This document shows, piece after piece, positions 44,854-54,396 of a DNA stretch of 64,000 bases. The notes below the pieces were generated by a model, which searched no databases, was not told the origin of the DNA, and saw only the letters and a program-made list of their open reading frames with translations. The stretch is taken from assembly GCA_041488095.1 (NCBI GenBank), contig JBGPOP010000008.1:26396-90395 (forward strand), read 5' to 3'. How positions within the stretch are numbered: the stretch's first letter is position 1; each line of letters begins with the position of its first letter. This stretch comes from Planctomycetota bacterium. GTDB taxonomy: Bacteria > Planctomycetota > UBA1135 > GCA-002686595. Made by a program: the position numbers and the translations under genes.

Positions 44854-45618
44854 TCAGACGCCCAGGCCCCAACGCCGGCGGAGGAACCTTTCCGCGGGCC
44901 CGAACAGGACGCGATCGACGAGCAGGCCGACGAGGACGATCACGAGCATCACGCCCAGCACCTGGTCCATGGCCTGGAGCTCGCGCCCGTAGTGCAGGAG
45001 CTGGCCGAGTCCGAGGCCCGAAAGCAGCGCGACGTAGATCTCGGCCGCCATCAGGGAGCGCCAGGCGAAGGCCCACCCCTGCTTCATCCCCGCGAGAACG
45101 GACGGCAACGAGGCTGGCAGCGTCACGTGGATCAGCGTGTGGAAGCGCCTAGAGCCCATCGTGCGCGCAGCCCGAGCGTAGATCGGGGGCACCGAGCGCA
45201 CGCCGTGGTCGGTCGCGATCAGGATCGACCACAGGGTGCCCATCACGGTGACGAACAGCATCGCGGCCTCGCTCTGGCCGAACCACAAGAGCGCCAGGGG
45301 GACCCAGCACACGCTCGGGAGCGTCTGCATGCCCAGGGCGAGGATGCCGACCGTGTCGGCGCAGACTCGAAATCGTGCGTTGAGCAGGCCCAGCGGCAGT
45401 CCCAGCGCGAGTCCGATCGCGTAGCCGGACGCCAGGCGCCGCGCCGTCACGAGCGAAGCCTGCGCGAGCGTCCCATCGCGCAGGGCGGTGAGGAGGTACT
45501 CGCCCACGCTGGCCGGTGAGGGGAGCAGGACCGGCGACCATCGGCCGCTCGCCGCCAGCGCCTGCCAGACGAGGACGAGCAGGGCGAAGAACCCTGCCGC
45601 TGCGAGCGCGCGCCTCAC
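44854..45618 (-). CDS. ABC transporter permease (NitT/TauT-type, SsuC/TauC-like)
   Basis: It contains an EAA-like loop and hydrophobic helices. The C-terminus reads AAEIYVALLSGLGLGQLLHYGRELQAMDQVLGVMLVIVLVGLLVDRVLF. The GTG start at 45618 overlaps the ATPase stop as GTGA. Confidence 0.7.
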   Translation of the reverse strand: MRRALAAAGFFALLVLVWQALAASGRWSPVLLPSPASVGEYLLTALRDGTLAQASLVTARRLASGYAIGLALGLPLGLLNARFRVCADTVGILALGMQTLPSVCWVPLALLWFGQSEAAMLFVTVMGTLWSILIATDHGVRSVPPIYARAARTMGSRRFHTLIHVTLPASLPSVLAGMKQGWAFAWRSLMAAEIYVALLSGLGLGQLLHYGRELQAMDQVLGVMLVIVLVGLLVDRVLFGPAERFLRRRWGLGV

Positions 45619-46427
45619 TCGAGCGCCTCCGCCGCTTGCGGCACGAGGTGTCCCTTGAGCGCACCCATGACCCGGGTGGCGTGGCGGGCGAGCTCGACGC
45701 TGTTGATGTCCCGCGGGCGGGGGAGATCGATCACGAACTGCTCGCGCACCCGGCCGGGGTGCGGCGAGAAGAGGACCACGCGGTCGCCCAGGCACACGGC
45801 CTCGCGCACGTTGTGGGTCACGAACACGATCGTCTTCCTGCGCTCCTGCCAGATCCTCTGGAGGTCGCCGTAGAGCTGCTCGCGCGTGAGCGCGTCGAGC
45901 GCTGCGAAAGGCTCGTCCATGAGCAGGACGCGGGGATTGGGGGCGAGCGCCCGGGCCAGTGCGACGCGCTGCTTCATGCCCCCCGAGAGCTCATGGATGC
46001 TCGCGTGGGAGAAGTGCGTGAGGCCGACCCTCTCCAGGTAGAAGCGCGCCACCTCGCGTCGCGCGTCACGGTCGAGGCCGGGCTTGAGGTTCAGACCGAA
46101 GAGGACGTTGCCCATCGCGTCGAGCCAGGGGAACAGCGCCGGCTCCTGGAACAGGACCATCCGGTCGCGCCCGGGCCCTCCCACCGGCATCCCGTCGACC
46201 GTCACGCGGCCCGAGTCGGGGAACTCGAGCCCGGCGATCAGGTTCAGGATCGTGGTCTTGCCGCAGCCGCTCGGCCCGACCAGGCAGACGAACTCGCCCT
46301 CGCCGACGGAGAGGGTGACCTCGTCGAGCGCTTGAACGGCCGCGCGAGGGGTCCGGAACGACTTCGAGACCCGCTCGAGGGAGAGCTTGACCGGCCGCGC
46401 CTCGGACAGCTCCTCGCGCAGGCTCAC
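45615..46427 (-). CDS. ABC transporter ATP-binding protein (SsuB/TauB-like)
   Basis: It has a Walker A motif (GPSGCGKTTILNLIAGL), the ABC signature (LSGGMKQRVALARAL), Walker B (LLMDEPFAALD) and an H-loop (VTHN). Confidence 0.85.
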   Translation of the reverse strand: MSLREELSEARPVKLSLERVSKSFRTPRAAVQALDEVTLSVGEGEFVCLVGPSGCGKTTILNLIAGLEFPDSGRVTVDGMPVGGPGRDRMVLFQEPALFPWLDAMGNVLFGLNLKPGLDRDARREVARFYLERVGLTHFSHASIHELSGGMKQRVALARALAPNPRVLLMDEPFAALDALTREQLYGDLQRIWQERRKTIVFVTHNVREAVCLGDRVVLFSPHPGRVREQFVIDLPRPRDINSVELARHATRVMGALKGHLVPQAAEALE

Positions 46428-47395
46428 CGGAAGACCTCGACCAGGTGGGACAGGTCCCCGGCGTCCTTCAGGAATCCGGACGCTTGCGCGGACTCGACGA
46501 ACGACTCGAAGGCGGACAGCGAGACCGCGCTCGTCCAGCGCATCCTCGGCCAGCAGCGGTCCAGGAGCTCCTTCTTCACCTCACGCGTCGTCTCGGTCGC
46601 GAGCTCCGCGCGCACGCGCTCCTTGGCCTCGTCGGGGTGCGCCCGGATCCACTCGGTGAGCTCGGCGTGCGCACGGGCGAAGCCGCGCGCGAGCTCGGGC
46701 TGCTCGCGCAGGAAGCGCGCGCTCGCCACGAGCACGGTCGTGAGCGCGTCGGGCTCCTCGAGGAACGACTTGCCCCCGGCCTCCATCTCCAGACGCGAGA
46801 CCCACGGCTCCACCGTCCAGACCGCGTCGAGCTGGCCGCGCTGGAACAGCGCGAGCTGATCGGGATTCTGCGTGGGCAGCACGTGGACGTCGCCGCCCGT
46901 CTGGGTCACGTGGAAGCCGTGCCCGGAGAGCCAGGCCCGGCAAGCGACATCCTGGCTGTTGCCGAGCTGCGGCGTCGCGACCCGCTTGCCGCGGAAGTCC
47001 TCGGGCCGGCGGATGCGGCCGTCGCCCTGGACGACGAGCGCCGAGCCACCCTGGGTCGCGCCCGCGATGACGCGGATCTCCTGGCCGCGAGACCGCACGT
47101 GCGCATTCAGGGCCGGGCTGGGCCCGACGTAGGTGAGGTCGATCGCGCCGGAGAGGATCGCTTCCATCGCGCTCGGGCCGGCGTTGTAGGTGAACCATTC
47201 GATCTCCACCCCCGGACCCAGGCGCTCCTCGAACCAGCCCTTCTGCTCGCGCGTGAGCGCGTGAGCGATGAGCCCCTGCGCATGCGTGACGTTCGGGAAA
47301 TGGCCCACGCGCAGGACCCGGGTTCCCGGCGCGGGCGGCCTGTCGCCGCAAGCGGCCAGGAGGAAGGCGAACACCGGGAGACGGGAGAGGAGCAC
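46424..47395 (-). CDS. ABC substrate-binding protein (NitT/TauT family; aliphatic sulfonate/taurine-type)
   Basis: The signal/lipobox reads MLLSRLPVFAFLLAAC. SsuA/TauA-like periplasmic binding-fold motifs are present (LRVGHFPNVTHAQ, DLTYVGPSP). Its 3' end overlaps the ATPase start by 4 bp. Confidence 0.65.
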   Translation of the reverse strand: MLLSRLPVFAFLLAACGDRPPAPGTRVLRVGHFPNVTHAQGLIAHALTREQKGWFEERLGPGVEIEWFTYNAGPSAMEAILSGAIDLTYVGPSPALNAHVRSRGQEIRVIAGATQGGSALVVQGDGRIRRPEDFRGKRVATPQLGNSQDVACRAWLSGHGFHVTQTGGDVHVLPTQNPDQLALFQRGQLDAVWTVEPWVSRLEMEAGGKSFLEEPDALTTVLVASARFLREQPELARGFARAHAELTEWIRAHPDEAKERVRAELATETTREVKKELLDRCWPRMRWTSAVSLSAFESFVESAQASGFLKDAGDLSHLVEVFR

Positions 47396-47402
47396 CGCGA
47401 CC

Positions 47403-47876
47403 TCAAGTCGGTTCGAGGAAAGGGGGCTTCACGCCATCCCGGCGGAGCTCGCGCAGGGTGACTTCGATGACCCCCTGCAGCGTGTGGCGGTCGAGGATCT
47501 TCGCGATCGCGTTGCGCACGTCGAGCATCAGCATGCGCAGGCCGCAGTGGTCCTCGTCCGGGCACGAGCAGGGCGCGTAGGCGGTCTTGCTCACGCACGC
47601 GATCGGGGCCAGCGGCCCGTCGACGAGCCGCACGACGTCACCGATCCGGATCGAGCGCGGGGGCTTGCGCAGGCGATAGCCGCCGTGCTTGCCGCGTCTG
47701 CTCTCGAGGTAGCCGGCCTCGTTGAGCTGGAGCAGGATCTGCTCGAGGAACTTGACCGGGATGCGCTCGTGCTCGGCCAGCTCGCCGATGGGCAGGATCT
47801 CGCGGCCGAGCTCCTGCGCGATCCCGATGTCGATCAGGGCCCGCAGGGCGTATTCGCCGCGCTTGGAGAGGTTCAT
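47403..47876 (-). CDS. Rrf2-family transcriptional regulator (IscR/CymR-like, Fe-S cluster-capable)
   Basis: It begins MNLSKRGEYALRALIDIGIAQ and contains IPVKFLEQILLQLNEAGYLESRRGKHGGYRL. A Cys cluster (CVSKTAYAPCSCPDEDHC) is present. Confidence 0.8.
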   Translation of the reverse strand: MNLSKRGEYALRALIDIGIAQELGREILPIGELAEHERIPVKFLEQILLQLNEAGYLESRRGKHGGYRLRKPPRSIRIGDVVRLVDGPLAPIACVSKTAYAPCSCPDEDHCGLRMLMLDVRNAIAKILDRHTLQGVIEVTLRELRRDGVKPPFLEPT

Positions 47877-47969
47877 GGTGGATACCTGACTGGTCCAATA
47901 GACATTATATTGTCTACTTGGCCAGTAGGCAAATGCCGGCAGGCCCGAGCAGGGCCCGTGAGCGGCGCC

Positions 47970-50024
47970 CTAGCGCACCATCACGGGCAGGACCACGAGC
48001 GTCCGGCCTTGCGTGCGCAGGCGGCGCTGGATCGCCATCGCGGTCTCGTTGTGCAGCAGGCGGTGGAACCACTCCTCCTGCGGGAAGACCACCTTGCTCG
48101 CGAAGAAGACCGTGCGCGGGAACTCTCGGGCGACCTCGTCGCAGAGCTCCTCGGCCGTCGATGCGACCTCGGTGCCGATGCCGACGCGGGAGATGCAGGG
48201 CAGGCCGTGGCGCTTGGCGAACTCGACGAACTTCTGGAGGTCGGCCTCCGTCTTCGCACGCAGGGCCTCGATCTCGTCGACCCCCTTGAAGACGCCGGAG
48301 TCGACCACGCCGACGGAGAGGAAGATGAAGTTCCGGAAGTGATCCGGGAACGTGCGCAGCACGGAGAGCAGCGTGTGGACGGCCACGCCGCTGTATCCGC
48401 CCACCAGCACCGCCGCAGTCGGCTGCTTGGGATCGAGCGCAGGCACGGCCGGCGGCGGCGAGGGAGGGAGGACATTGAGCACCTCGTCCAGCGCGGCCAA
48501 GCGCCGGCTGACGCTCCGGTAGTGCGCGTGGATGAGCACGCACACGGCCACCGCGCCGCCGGTGATCAGGATCGTGATCCAGGCGCCGTGGCTGAACTTC
48601 TCGAACACCGTGACCGTCAGGATGGTGGCGCACATCACGAAGCTCGTGCCGAAGAGCACCGTGCGCCGCTTGCGTCCCGGCCGCGGCCGGGCCTTGCGCC
48701 AGAAGCTCAGCATGGCGAACATCGACAGCGAGAAGGTCAGGAACACGTTGACGCTGTACATCACGACCAGGTGCTGGACGTTGCCGCCCGTGTTGACGAG
48801 GGCGAGGAGCGCCGCGCCGCCGACGAGAACGATCCCGTTCTGGGTCGTGAGCCGCTCCGAGAGCCCCGCGAACCTGCGCGGGACCCACGAGTCGACGGCC
48901 ATGTTGGACAGGATCCGAGGGCCGTCGAGGAATCCGGCCTGCGCCGCCACGATGAGAAGGGTGCCTTCCGAGAGGAGCGTCAGGAACGCGAACGTCGGTC
49001 CGAGGTGCAGGCGCCGTCCGACGTCATCGGCCAGCACCGCGTTGAGCGTCTGCCCGGGTACGGAGTGGATGCCGCGCAGGAAATAGCACACCAGAAGCCC
49101 CGCCGCCGTGAGAGACAGCGAGACGGCCATGTACAGCATCGTCCGCCGCGCGGTCTGAGTGCGCGGCTCGCGCATGATCGGCATGCCGTTCGAGACCGCT
49201 TCGATGCCCGTGTAGGTGCCGCCTCCCAGCGAGTAGGCCTTCGCGAGCAGGAGCAGGGTCGTGACCCCTCCCAACCGGGATTGGGAGGAAGCGAAGCTCG
49301 CGCCGAGCGTTCCGCCAGCCGCATGCCAGTCGCCCCAGCCGAGGACGATCCCGGCTGCGATCAGCACGACGTGGGTGGCAAGGAACAGCAGGAACACGGG
49401 CAGGAGGGCGAGGACCGACTCCTTCGCTCCGCGCAAGTTGAGCACCGTCAGTCCGAAAAGGGCGCCGACCTCGACGGTCGCCTTGACCGCCCACGGGGCC
49501 CCGGGGAACAAGCTGAAGATCGCGTCGCCGGCCGCTGCGATCGATACCGCGATCGTGAGGACGTAGTCGACGAGCAGCGCACAGCCCGAGACCACGCCGG
49601 TGTAGGGGCCGAGGAGCTTCGTCGCGACGGAGTATCCGCCACCGCCGGCCGGGAACTCCTCGATGATGAAGCTGTAGGCGGTCGAGATGACCATGACGGT
49701 CATCGCCACGGCCAGCGCGAGGATCAGCGCGAGATGGCGGTGCTCACGTAGCGCCAGGAAGGCCGTTTCGGGACCGTAGGCCGACGAGGAGAGGCCGTCT
49801 GCGCCGAGGCCGACCCAGGCGAGGATCGGGATCAGGGCGATGCGGTGGAAGATCGAGCGGTCCTTGAGGTCGCGCGGGCGACCGATCAGGACCCGCTTCA
49901 GACGCTGCAGCGGACTCGGCCCGCCCTGCGGCGCTGCGCCGGTCGCAGGTGGATGGCGCCCGAGGGACATCCGGGCACTGTACCGCAGGCACGCGTCCCG
50001 GAGGAGCGAGCGGATTTGCTGCAA
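47970..50024 (-). CDS. APC-superfamily amino acid permease with a ~200-aa C-terminal soluble extension
   Basis: It has about 12 TM helices (ILAWVGLGADGLSSSAYGPETAFLAL...) and a C-terminal hydrophilic domain. The start is ambiguous (ATG 50024 or ATG 49970). Confidence 0.65.
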   Translation of the reverse strand: MQQIRSLLRDACLRYSARMSLGRHPPATGAAPQGGPSPLQRLKRVLIGRPRDLKDRSIFHRIALIPILAWVGLGADGLSSSAYGPETAFLALREHRHLALILALAVAMTVMVISTAYSFIIEEFPAGGGGYSVATKLLGPYTGVVSGCALLVDYVLTIAVSIAAAGDAIFSLFPGAPWAVKATVEVGALFGLTVLNLRGAKESVLALLPVFLLFLATHVVLIAAGIVLGWGDWHAAGGTLGASFASSQSRLGGVTTLLLLAKAYSLGGGTYTGIEAVSNGMPIMREPRTQTARRTMLYMAVSLSLTAAGLLVCYFLRGIHSVPGQTLNAVLADDVGRRLHLGPTFAFLTLLSEGTLLIVAAQAGFLDGPRILSNMAVDSWVPRRFAGLSERLTTQNGIVLVGGAALLALVNTGGNVQHLVVMYSVNVFLTFSLSMFAMLSFWRKARPRPGRKRRTVLFGTSFVMCATILTVTVFEKFSHGAWITILITGGAVAVCVLIHAHYRSVSRRLAALDEVLNVLPPSPPPAVPALDPKQPTAAVLVGGYSGVAVHTLLSVLRTFPDHFRNFIFLSVGVVDSGVFKGVDEIEALRAKTEADLQKFVEFAKRHGLPCISRVGIGTEVASTAEELCDEVAREFPRTVFFASKVVFPQEEWFHRLLHNETAMAIQRRLRTQGRTLVVLPVMVR

Positions 50025-50075
50025 GTCCTCGGCGGCGAGCCGCTTGCACCGCGACGTCGCGGCTGCGGTCGCTGG

Positions 50076-50969
50076 CTACGCCCCCGCCCGCGGGTGCGCC
50101 TGCTCGTAGATCTTCCGCAGCCGTTCGATGGAAACGTGGGTGTAGATCTGCGTCGTCGTCAGGTGCGCGTGTCCGAGCAGCTCCTGCACCGCGCGCAGGT
50201 CCGCCCCGCGGTCGAGGAGGTGCGTCGCGAAGCTGTGGCGCAGCGTGTGCGGCGTCGCGCGGCGGCGGACGCCGGCCTGGAGGGCGCGCTTCTCGACGAT
50301 CCGCCCGAGCGAGCGCGTGGAGAGGCGCCCGCCGCGCGGGTTCAGGAACACGGCGCTCGGCGCGCGCGGGAGGGGCGGCGGGCGCAGCGGGTCCTCGAGG
50401 TACGCCTTGAGGGCCTGGATGGCGTAGCTCCCGACCGGCGCCATCCGCTCCTTCCGGCCCTTCCCGCGCACGCGCGCGACGCCACGTCGCAGGTCGAGGT
50501 CGCCCTGGTCGAGTCCGATCGTCTCCGCGGCGCGGGTCCCGGCCGAGTACATCAGCTCCAGGAGCGCGCGGTCGCGCCGGCCGGCCGGTGTCGAGAGGTC
50601 CGGCGCGGCGAGAAGCGCCTCGACCTCGCCGATCTCGAGTGCGCTGGGCAACCTCCGCTCGCCGCGGCGCGGGCGCAGCCCGGCGGCGGGATGAGCGTCG
50701 ATCGCTCCCTTGCGCAGGAGGTGCGCGAAGAGCGAGCGCACGGCCGAGAGCTTGCGCTGGATCGTGGCGCGAGCGAGATCGCGGCCGTCGATCTCGGCCA
50801 GGAAGGAGCGCAGGAGGCGCGGGGTCACCTGCGAGGGCTTCAGGATCCCGCGCTGCTCCAGGAACGCGAGGAACGAATGGAGATCACAGCGATAGGCGCG
50901 CAGCGTGTGCTCGGAGGCGCCGCGCGCCGCGGCGAGCTCCTTGAGAAAGCCTTCGACGTGGGCGCGCAC
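50076..50969 (-). CDS. Tyrosine site-specific recombinase, XerC/XerD family
   Basis: It contains LRAYRCDLHSFLAFL, ARATIQRKLSAVRSLFAHL, LLELMYSAGTRAAETIGL and HTLRHSFATHLLDRGADLRAVQELLGHAHLTTTQIYTHV (R..HxxR..Y catalytic motifs). The GTG start at 50969 was chosen so it does not overlap the upstream membrane gene. ATG 51134 is also in frame. Confidence 0.8.
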   Translation of the reverse strand: MRAHVEGFLKELAAARGASEHTLRAYRCDLHSFLAFLEQRGILKPSQVTPRLLRSFLAEIDGRDLARATIQRKLSAVRSLFAHLLRKGAIDAHPAAGLRPRRGERRLPSALEIGEVEALLAAPDLSTPAGRRDRALLELMYSAGTRAAETIGLDQGDLDLRRGVARVRGKGRKERMAPVGSYAIQALKAYLEDPLRPPPLPRAPSAVFLNPRGGRLSTRSLGRIVEKRALQAGVRRRATPHTLRHSFATHLLDRGADLRAVQELLGHAHLTTTQIYTHVSIERLRKIYEQAHPRAGA

Positions 50970-50980
50970 GGTCGTCGCGA

Positions 50981-51793
50981 TCAGCGGCCGTCGCTCTTCG
51001 GCTCGAGGCCGGCCCGCTGCGCGGCGAGCCCGGCCCTGCGGATCCAGTGCCAGAGCGCGGAGAGGCCGTTGCCGCTCAGGAACAGGACCAGGCCCAGGAC
51101 GGCGCGCAGGACTTGCTCGAGCCAGTGGGTCCATTCCTCCCTGATCGTGAGGGACGGAGGATCTCCGAACTCGCCGGACCTCGCGCTCTCGAGGGTTGAC
51201 GCAAAGAGTCCGGCCAGGTTGGGCAAGGCGTCGGCGAGGATCCACAGGCCCACGACGGAGAAGGCGACCGCTTGGAGCGTGGCGGCCGATCCGGGATCGG
51301 TCGCGGCCGCGCGTCTCCCGAACCAGCGCTGCGCGATCGCGCCGGCGCGGAAGAGCAGCCACGCGCCGACCGCCGCGAGCACGACGATCGTCGCCACCTC
51401 GGTCAGGAATTCCCCCCAACGCCCGTCGATCCGCGCGATCCGGATCTGGAACATCGCTCTCGAGGTCATCTGGATCGCGCGCAGCCAGAGGAGGACCGCC
51501 GCGAGGCGCAGGCCGATCGTTCCGACCTCGCCCCGGTCCTCGAAGCGGGCCGGTGCGGATCCCCCGGTCATGCGGCTCGCGAGGATCGGGCTCAGGTAGA
51601 ACAAGAGAGCGCCCAAGGCGGCGAGAAGGAGCACCGGGACGATCAAGCCCGCCAACGCGAACACCGCGGTCTGTCCCGGCTCGTTGACCTGCCGGACGAA
51701 GAACCCGAGGTTCGACGCGAAGATCAGCGCATGGACCCACAGGTAGAGAGCCAGGAGCTTGAGGGACAGGGAGGTGACTTCCGAACGGGTCAT
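50981..51793 (-). CDS. Polytopic membrane protein, hypothetical
   Basis: It begins MTRSEVTSLSLKLLALYLWVHALIFASNLGFF and has five or six further hydrophobic helices. No family was recognised. Confidence 0.5.
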   Translation of the reverse strand: MTRSEVTSLSLKLLALYLWVHALIFASNLGFFVRQVNEPGQTAVFALAGLIVPVLLLAALGALLFYLSPILASRMTGGSAPARFEDRGEVGTIGLRLAAVLLWLRAIQMTSRAMFQIRIARIDGRWGEFLTEVATIVVLAAVGAWLLFRAGAIAQRWFGRRAAATDPGSAATLQAVAFSVVGLWILADALPNLAGLFASTLESARSGEFGDPPSLTIREEWTHWLEQVLRAVLGLVLFLSGNGLSALWHWIRRAGLAAQRAGLEPKSDGR

Positions 51794-51820
51794 GGCGAAT
51801 CCTCCTCGACGCCCGCGGCG

Positions 51821-52624
51821 TCAGTGCTTCCAGTACGCGGTTCGTTCGATCGACTCGAGCTTGTACGTCACGCCTTGCGCGCCCTCGTAGCGCACGAGAG
51901 CGTGCAACCTCGGCGCCGAGCCGTCCGCCGCGAACCAGAAGCGCGCCTCGACCGTGCCCTCGGGCGTCCGGAGGTCGAGCTCGTGCGCGTCGACCCGGCC
52001 GATGGGCAGGTCGAGCGCGGCCTGGCCGGCGTAGCGGACCGTGCGCTCGACGGGCTCGAACGGCACGCGGTGATTGTCCTTCTGGCTCGGGATCACGCGC
52101 AGCGCGAGATCCGCGGGCGCGTCGAAGGGATAGTCGCGCAGCGTCAGGGTCAGCGCGTCGAAGAAGGCCGTGTTCTTGTGCCTCTCGAAATCGCCCTCGC
52201 GCCGCCCGCCGGCGGGGAAGTACACCGACTCGGCCCAGCGCAGGTGCTCGCGGTCGCGCCAGACCTCCTTGAAGCTCGCGCCGCAGTCCTCCTGCGTGCT
52301 CGCGGTCAGCTTGAACGGCGAGAGGTCGTCCGTCCTCACGTACGTCATCGTCGAGAAGCGGTAGTCGTACTTCTCCGTCGGCACGATCTCCGACCAGTGG
52401 TGCTTGAAGACCTCGACGCCCTCCTGGCCCTCGGTCTTGACCGTGGCCTCGGGGTCGGCGCGCTCCTTGTCCGTGTAGGCGATCGCGCGGTAGCTCCGCT
52501 CCTTGCCGTAGATCGTCCGGCTCGCCTCGTACACGCACTTCTCGGCCTGACCGTCGTTCCAGACCGGGTCCGTGCGCCAGTCGCCGAGGGCCGGGACGAG
52601 CAGCGCGAGAGAGGTGATGAGCAT
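51821..52624 (-). CDS. Hypothetical secreted protein (Lys/Glu/Tyr-rich, atypical composition)
   Basis: It begins MLITSLALLVPALGDW (signal peptide). The rest is hydrophilic (EKYDYRFSTMTYVRTDDLSPFKLTASTQEDCGASFKEVWRDREHLRWAESVYFP...). Confidence 0.5.
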   Translation of the reverse strand: MLITSLALLVPALGDWRTDPVWNDGQAEKCVYEASRTIYGKERSYRAIAYTDKERADPEATVKTEGQEGVEVFKHHWSEIVPTEKYDYRFSTMTYVRTDDLSPFKLTASTQEDCGASFKEVWRDREHLRWAESVYFPAGGRREGDFERHKNTAFFDALTLTLRDYPFDAPADLALRVIPSQKDNHRVPFEPVERTVRYAGQAALDLPIGRVDAHELDLRTPEGTVEARFWFAADGSAPRLHALVRYEGAQGVTYKLESIERTAYWKH

Positions 52625-52637
52625 GGACCCTCCGATC

Positions 52638-53804
52638 CTACTTCCCCGCCCATCGCGCCGGCGCAGGCAGCCCGGGCGAGAGCAGCGCGAGCATCGACAT
52701 CGCCGTCCCGAAGCACTCGCTGCGCGCGAAGACGCGGTCGTTCCAGCCTCCGTCCTCCTCGCGCACCTTCCACAGCAGGCGGTACAGGTCCTCGCGCCGC
52801 TTCGCGCGCTCCGTCTCGGGCAGGAGCTCGATCGCCTGCGCCGCGTAGCGGTGCGCGTAGAAGAAGTAGTAGGGCGCGATCATGAAGGGCGGCGCGTGGG
52901 TGCCCTTCTGCTTCCTTCTCTTCTCGAGCTCTCCCCAGTGCGCGAAGAAGGCGTCGAGAGCGCCGCGGATGCGCTCGACGCTGCCGCGTCCGGCGAGGAA
53001 CAGCGTCGTCTCGCAGATGGGGGAGCGTCCGATCGCGCCCTCGACCGCCTCGAAGCCCTTGCCGGTCGGGTGCTCCGGGTCGATGCCGTACTGGAACGCG
53101 CCGGTCGAGAGACGTCCCTTCTCGAGCGCGTCGAGCGCGTCGAGCGCGCGCCCGACGACCGCGCGGTCGACCTTCTCGCCCTGACGCGCGGTCTCGAAGA
53201 GGAACTGGAGCGTCGGCGCGGTCATGAAGCTCGAGGGCTCGGCGTCGTCCTGGTCCTGGCCGCGCGCGTAGTTCCAGCCGCCGCGCTTGCCGATCTCGGT
53301 CTTCTCGAGAGCCGCGACGAGCCAGCGGACGGATTCGTCGAGCTTCGACTGGTCCGCCTTGGGAACGCGGCCCACCTCGCGCAACCTCAGCAGGAAGCCG
53401 AGCGCGTACGCGTGCCCCCAGCCGCGCGTGTCGTAACCGCCTTCGAAGCCGGGTGACATCAGCGGACGGCGGATCCCCTCGAGCACGAAGGCGAGCGCGC
53501 GGTCGATCGCCGAGCGAGCCGGCTCGGGGAGATCCCTTCCGCCTGCCTCGAGCAGCGCCGTGGCGCAGATCGCCGTCCCGCCGACGCGGTAGCCGATCGG
53601 GATCTCGCCGTCGACGCGGTAGACGCCCTCGTAGGGCCACTCGGCGGGAGGGCCGTCCTTCTCGACCGACTCCTGGCGCTCGAGCAAGATCGTAACGCCG
53701 CGCTGGACTGCGCCATGGATGGCGGTCTGGGCGATGGCGCCCTTGGCTTCCCCGTCCTGTAGCGCGGCGAGCGCCGCGGAAAGGAGGCCGGTCGCAAAGA
53801 TCAT
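52638..53804 (-). CDS. Secreted protein with prenyltransferase/terpene-cyclase-like alpha-alpha toroid repeats
   Basis: The signal peptide is MIFATGLLSAALAALQ. Repeated GGW motifs are present (KRGGWNYARGQDQDD, EDGGWNDRVF, TRGWGHAYALGFLL). An alternative ATG lies at 53840. Confidence 0.45.
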   Translation of the reverse strand: MIFATGLLSAALAALQDGEAKGAIAQTAIHGAVQRGVTILLERQESVEKDGPPAEWPYEGVYRVDGEIPIGYRVGGTAICATALLEAGGRDLPEPARSAIDRALAFVLEGIRRPLMSPGFEGGYDTRGWGHAYALGFLLRLREVGRVPKADQSKLDESVRWLVAALEKTEIGKRGGWNYARGQDQDDAEPSSFMTAPTLQFLFETARQGEKVDRAVVGRALDALDALEKGRLSTGAFQYGIDPEHPTGKGFEAVEGAIGRSPICETTLFLAGRGSVERIRGALDAFFAHWGELEKRRKQKGTHAPPFMIAPYYFFYAHRYAAQAIELLPETERAKRREDLYRLLWKVREEDGGWNDRVFARSECFGTAMSMLALLSPGLPAPARWAGK

Positions 53805-53879
53805 GGCGCGGATTCTCCCGCGCTCGGACCCGTCCGGCAATCACCGCGTGCCGGAGGCGAGCGGCGCCCGGAGAGCCGC

Positions 53880-54335
53880 TCAGCGCTTCGTGCCGGCCTT
53901 GGTCGGAGCCGAGGTCGGGGCCGGAGGGGCCTTGGTCGGAGCCGGGGCCGGGGGCGGAGGTGCGACCGGCGCCACTGGCACGTCCTTCTGGGCCGCGGCG
54001 AGCTGCTCGCGCCAGCCGCGCAGCAGGATGTGCCGCGAATCGGGATTGACCCCGTAGGTGAAGCCGGCCTTCTCGGCCTGGTCGAGCACGCTCTCCATCG
54101 CGGCCGCGCTCTTGCCCTGCTCCTCGAGGTAGTGCATCGCGCCCGCGAACTGCTTCTTCGCGTCCACGACCTCGGTCGACAGCGCCTCGATGCGCAGGCG
54201 AGCGGCGGCGAGGTCCTTCTCGAGCTTGTCGAGGCGGCTCATGGCCGGGTCCGGGGCCGGAGGATTCTGGGAGAACGCCAACCCGCACAGGAGCGCGGTG
54301 AAGACGACGAGGATGACGCCGGGTTGCCTCTTCAT
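53880..54335 (-). CDS. Small secreted coiled-coil protein, hypothetical
   Basis: It begins MKRQPGVILVVFTALLCGLAFSQ (signal peptide). It contains LDKLEKDLAAARLRIEALSTEVVDAKKQFAGAMHYLEEQGK. A Pro/Ala-rich tail follows. Confidence 0.45.
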   Translation of the reverse strand: MKRQPGVILVVFTALLCGLAFSQNPPAPDPAMSRLDKLEKDLAAARLRIEALSTEVVDAKKQFAGAMHYLEEQGKSAAAMESVLDQAEKAGFTYGVNPDSRHILLRGWREQLAAAQKDVPVAPVAPPPPAPAPTKAPPAPTSAPTKAGTKR

Positions 54336-54396
54336 AGCGGCGTGATTATCGGCCCGAGAGCGTCCGCAGCTTGACCCCGATCTCGCCCGGGTTTTC

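Noticed and set aside
50970-52538. The N-terminal 520 aa of the 820-aa ORF containing the recombinase
   Set aside because: Only the C-terminal ~300 aa carry XerC/D motifs. The remainder overlaps two hydrophobic or secreted minus-strand genes in other frames and is Arg/Gly-rich low complexity.
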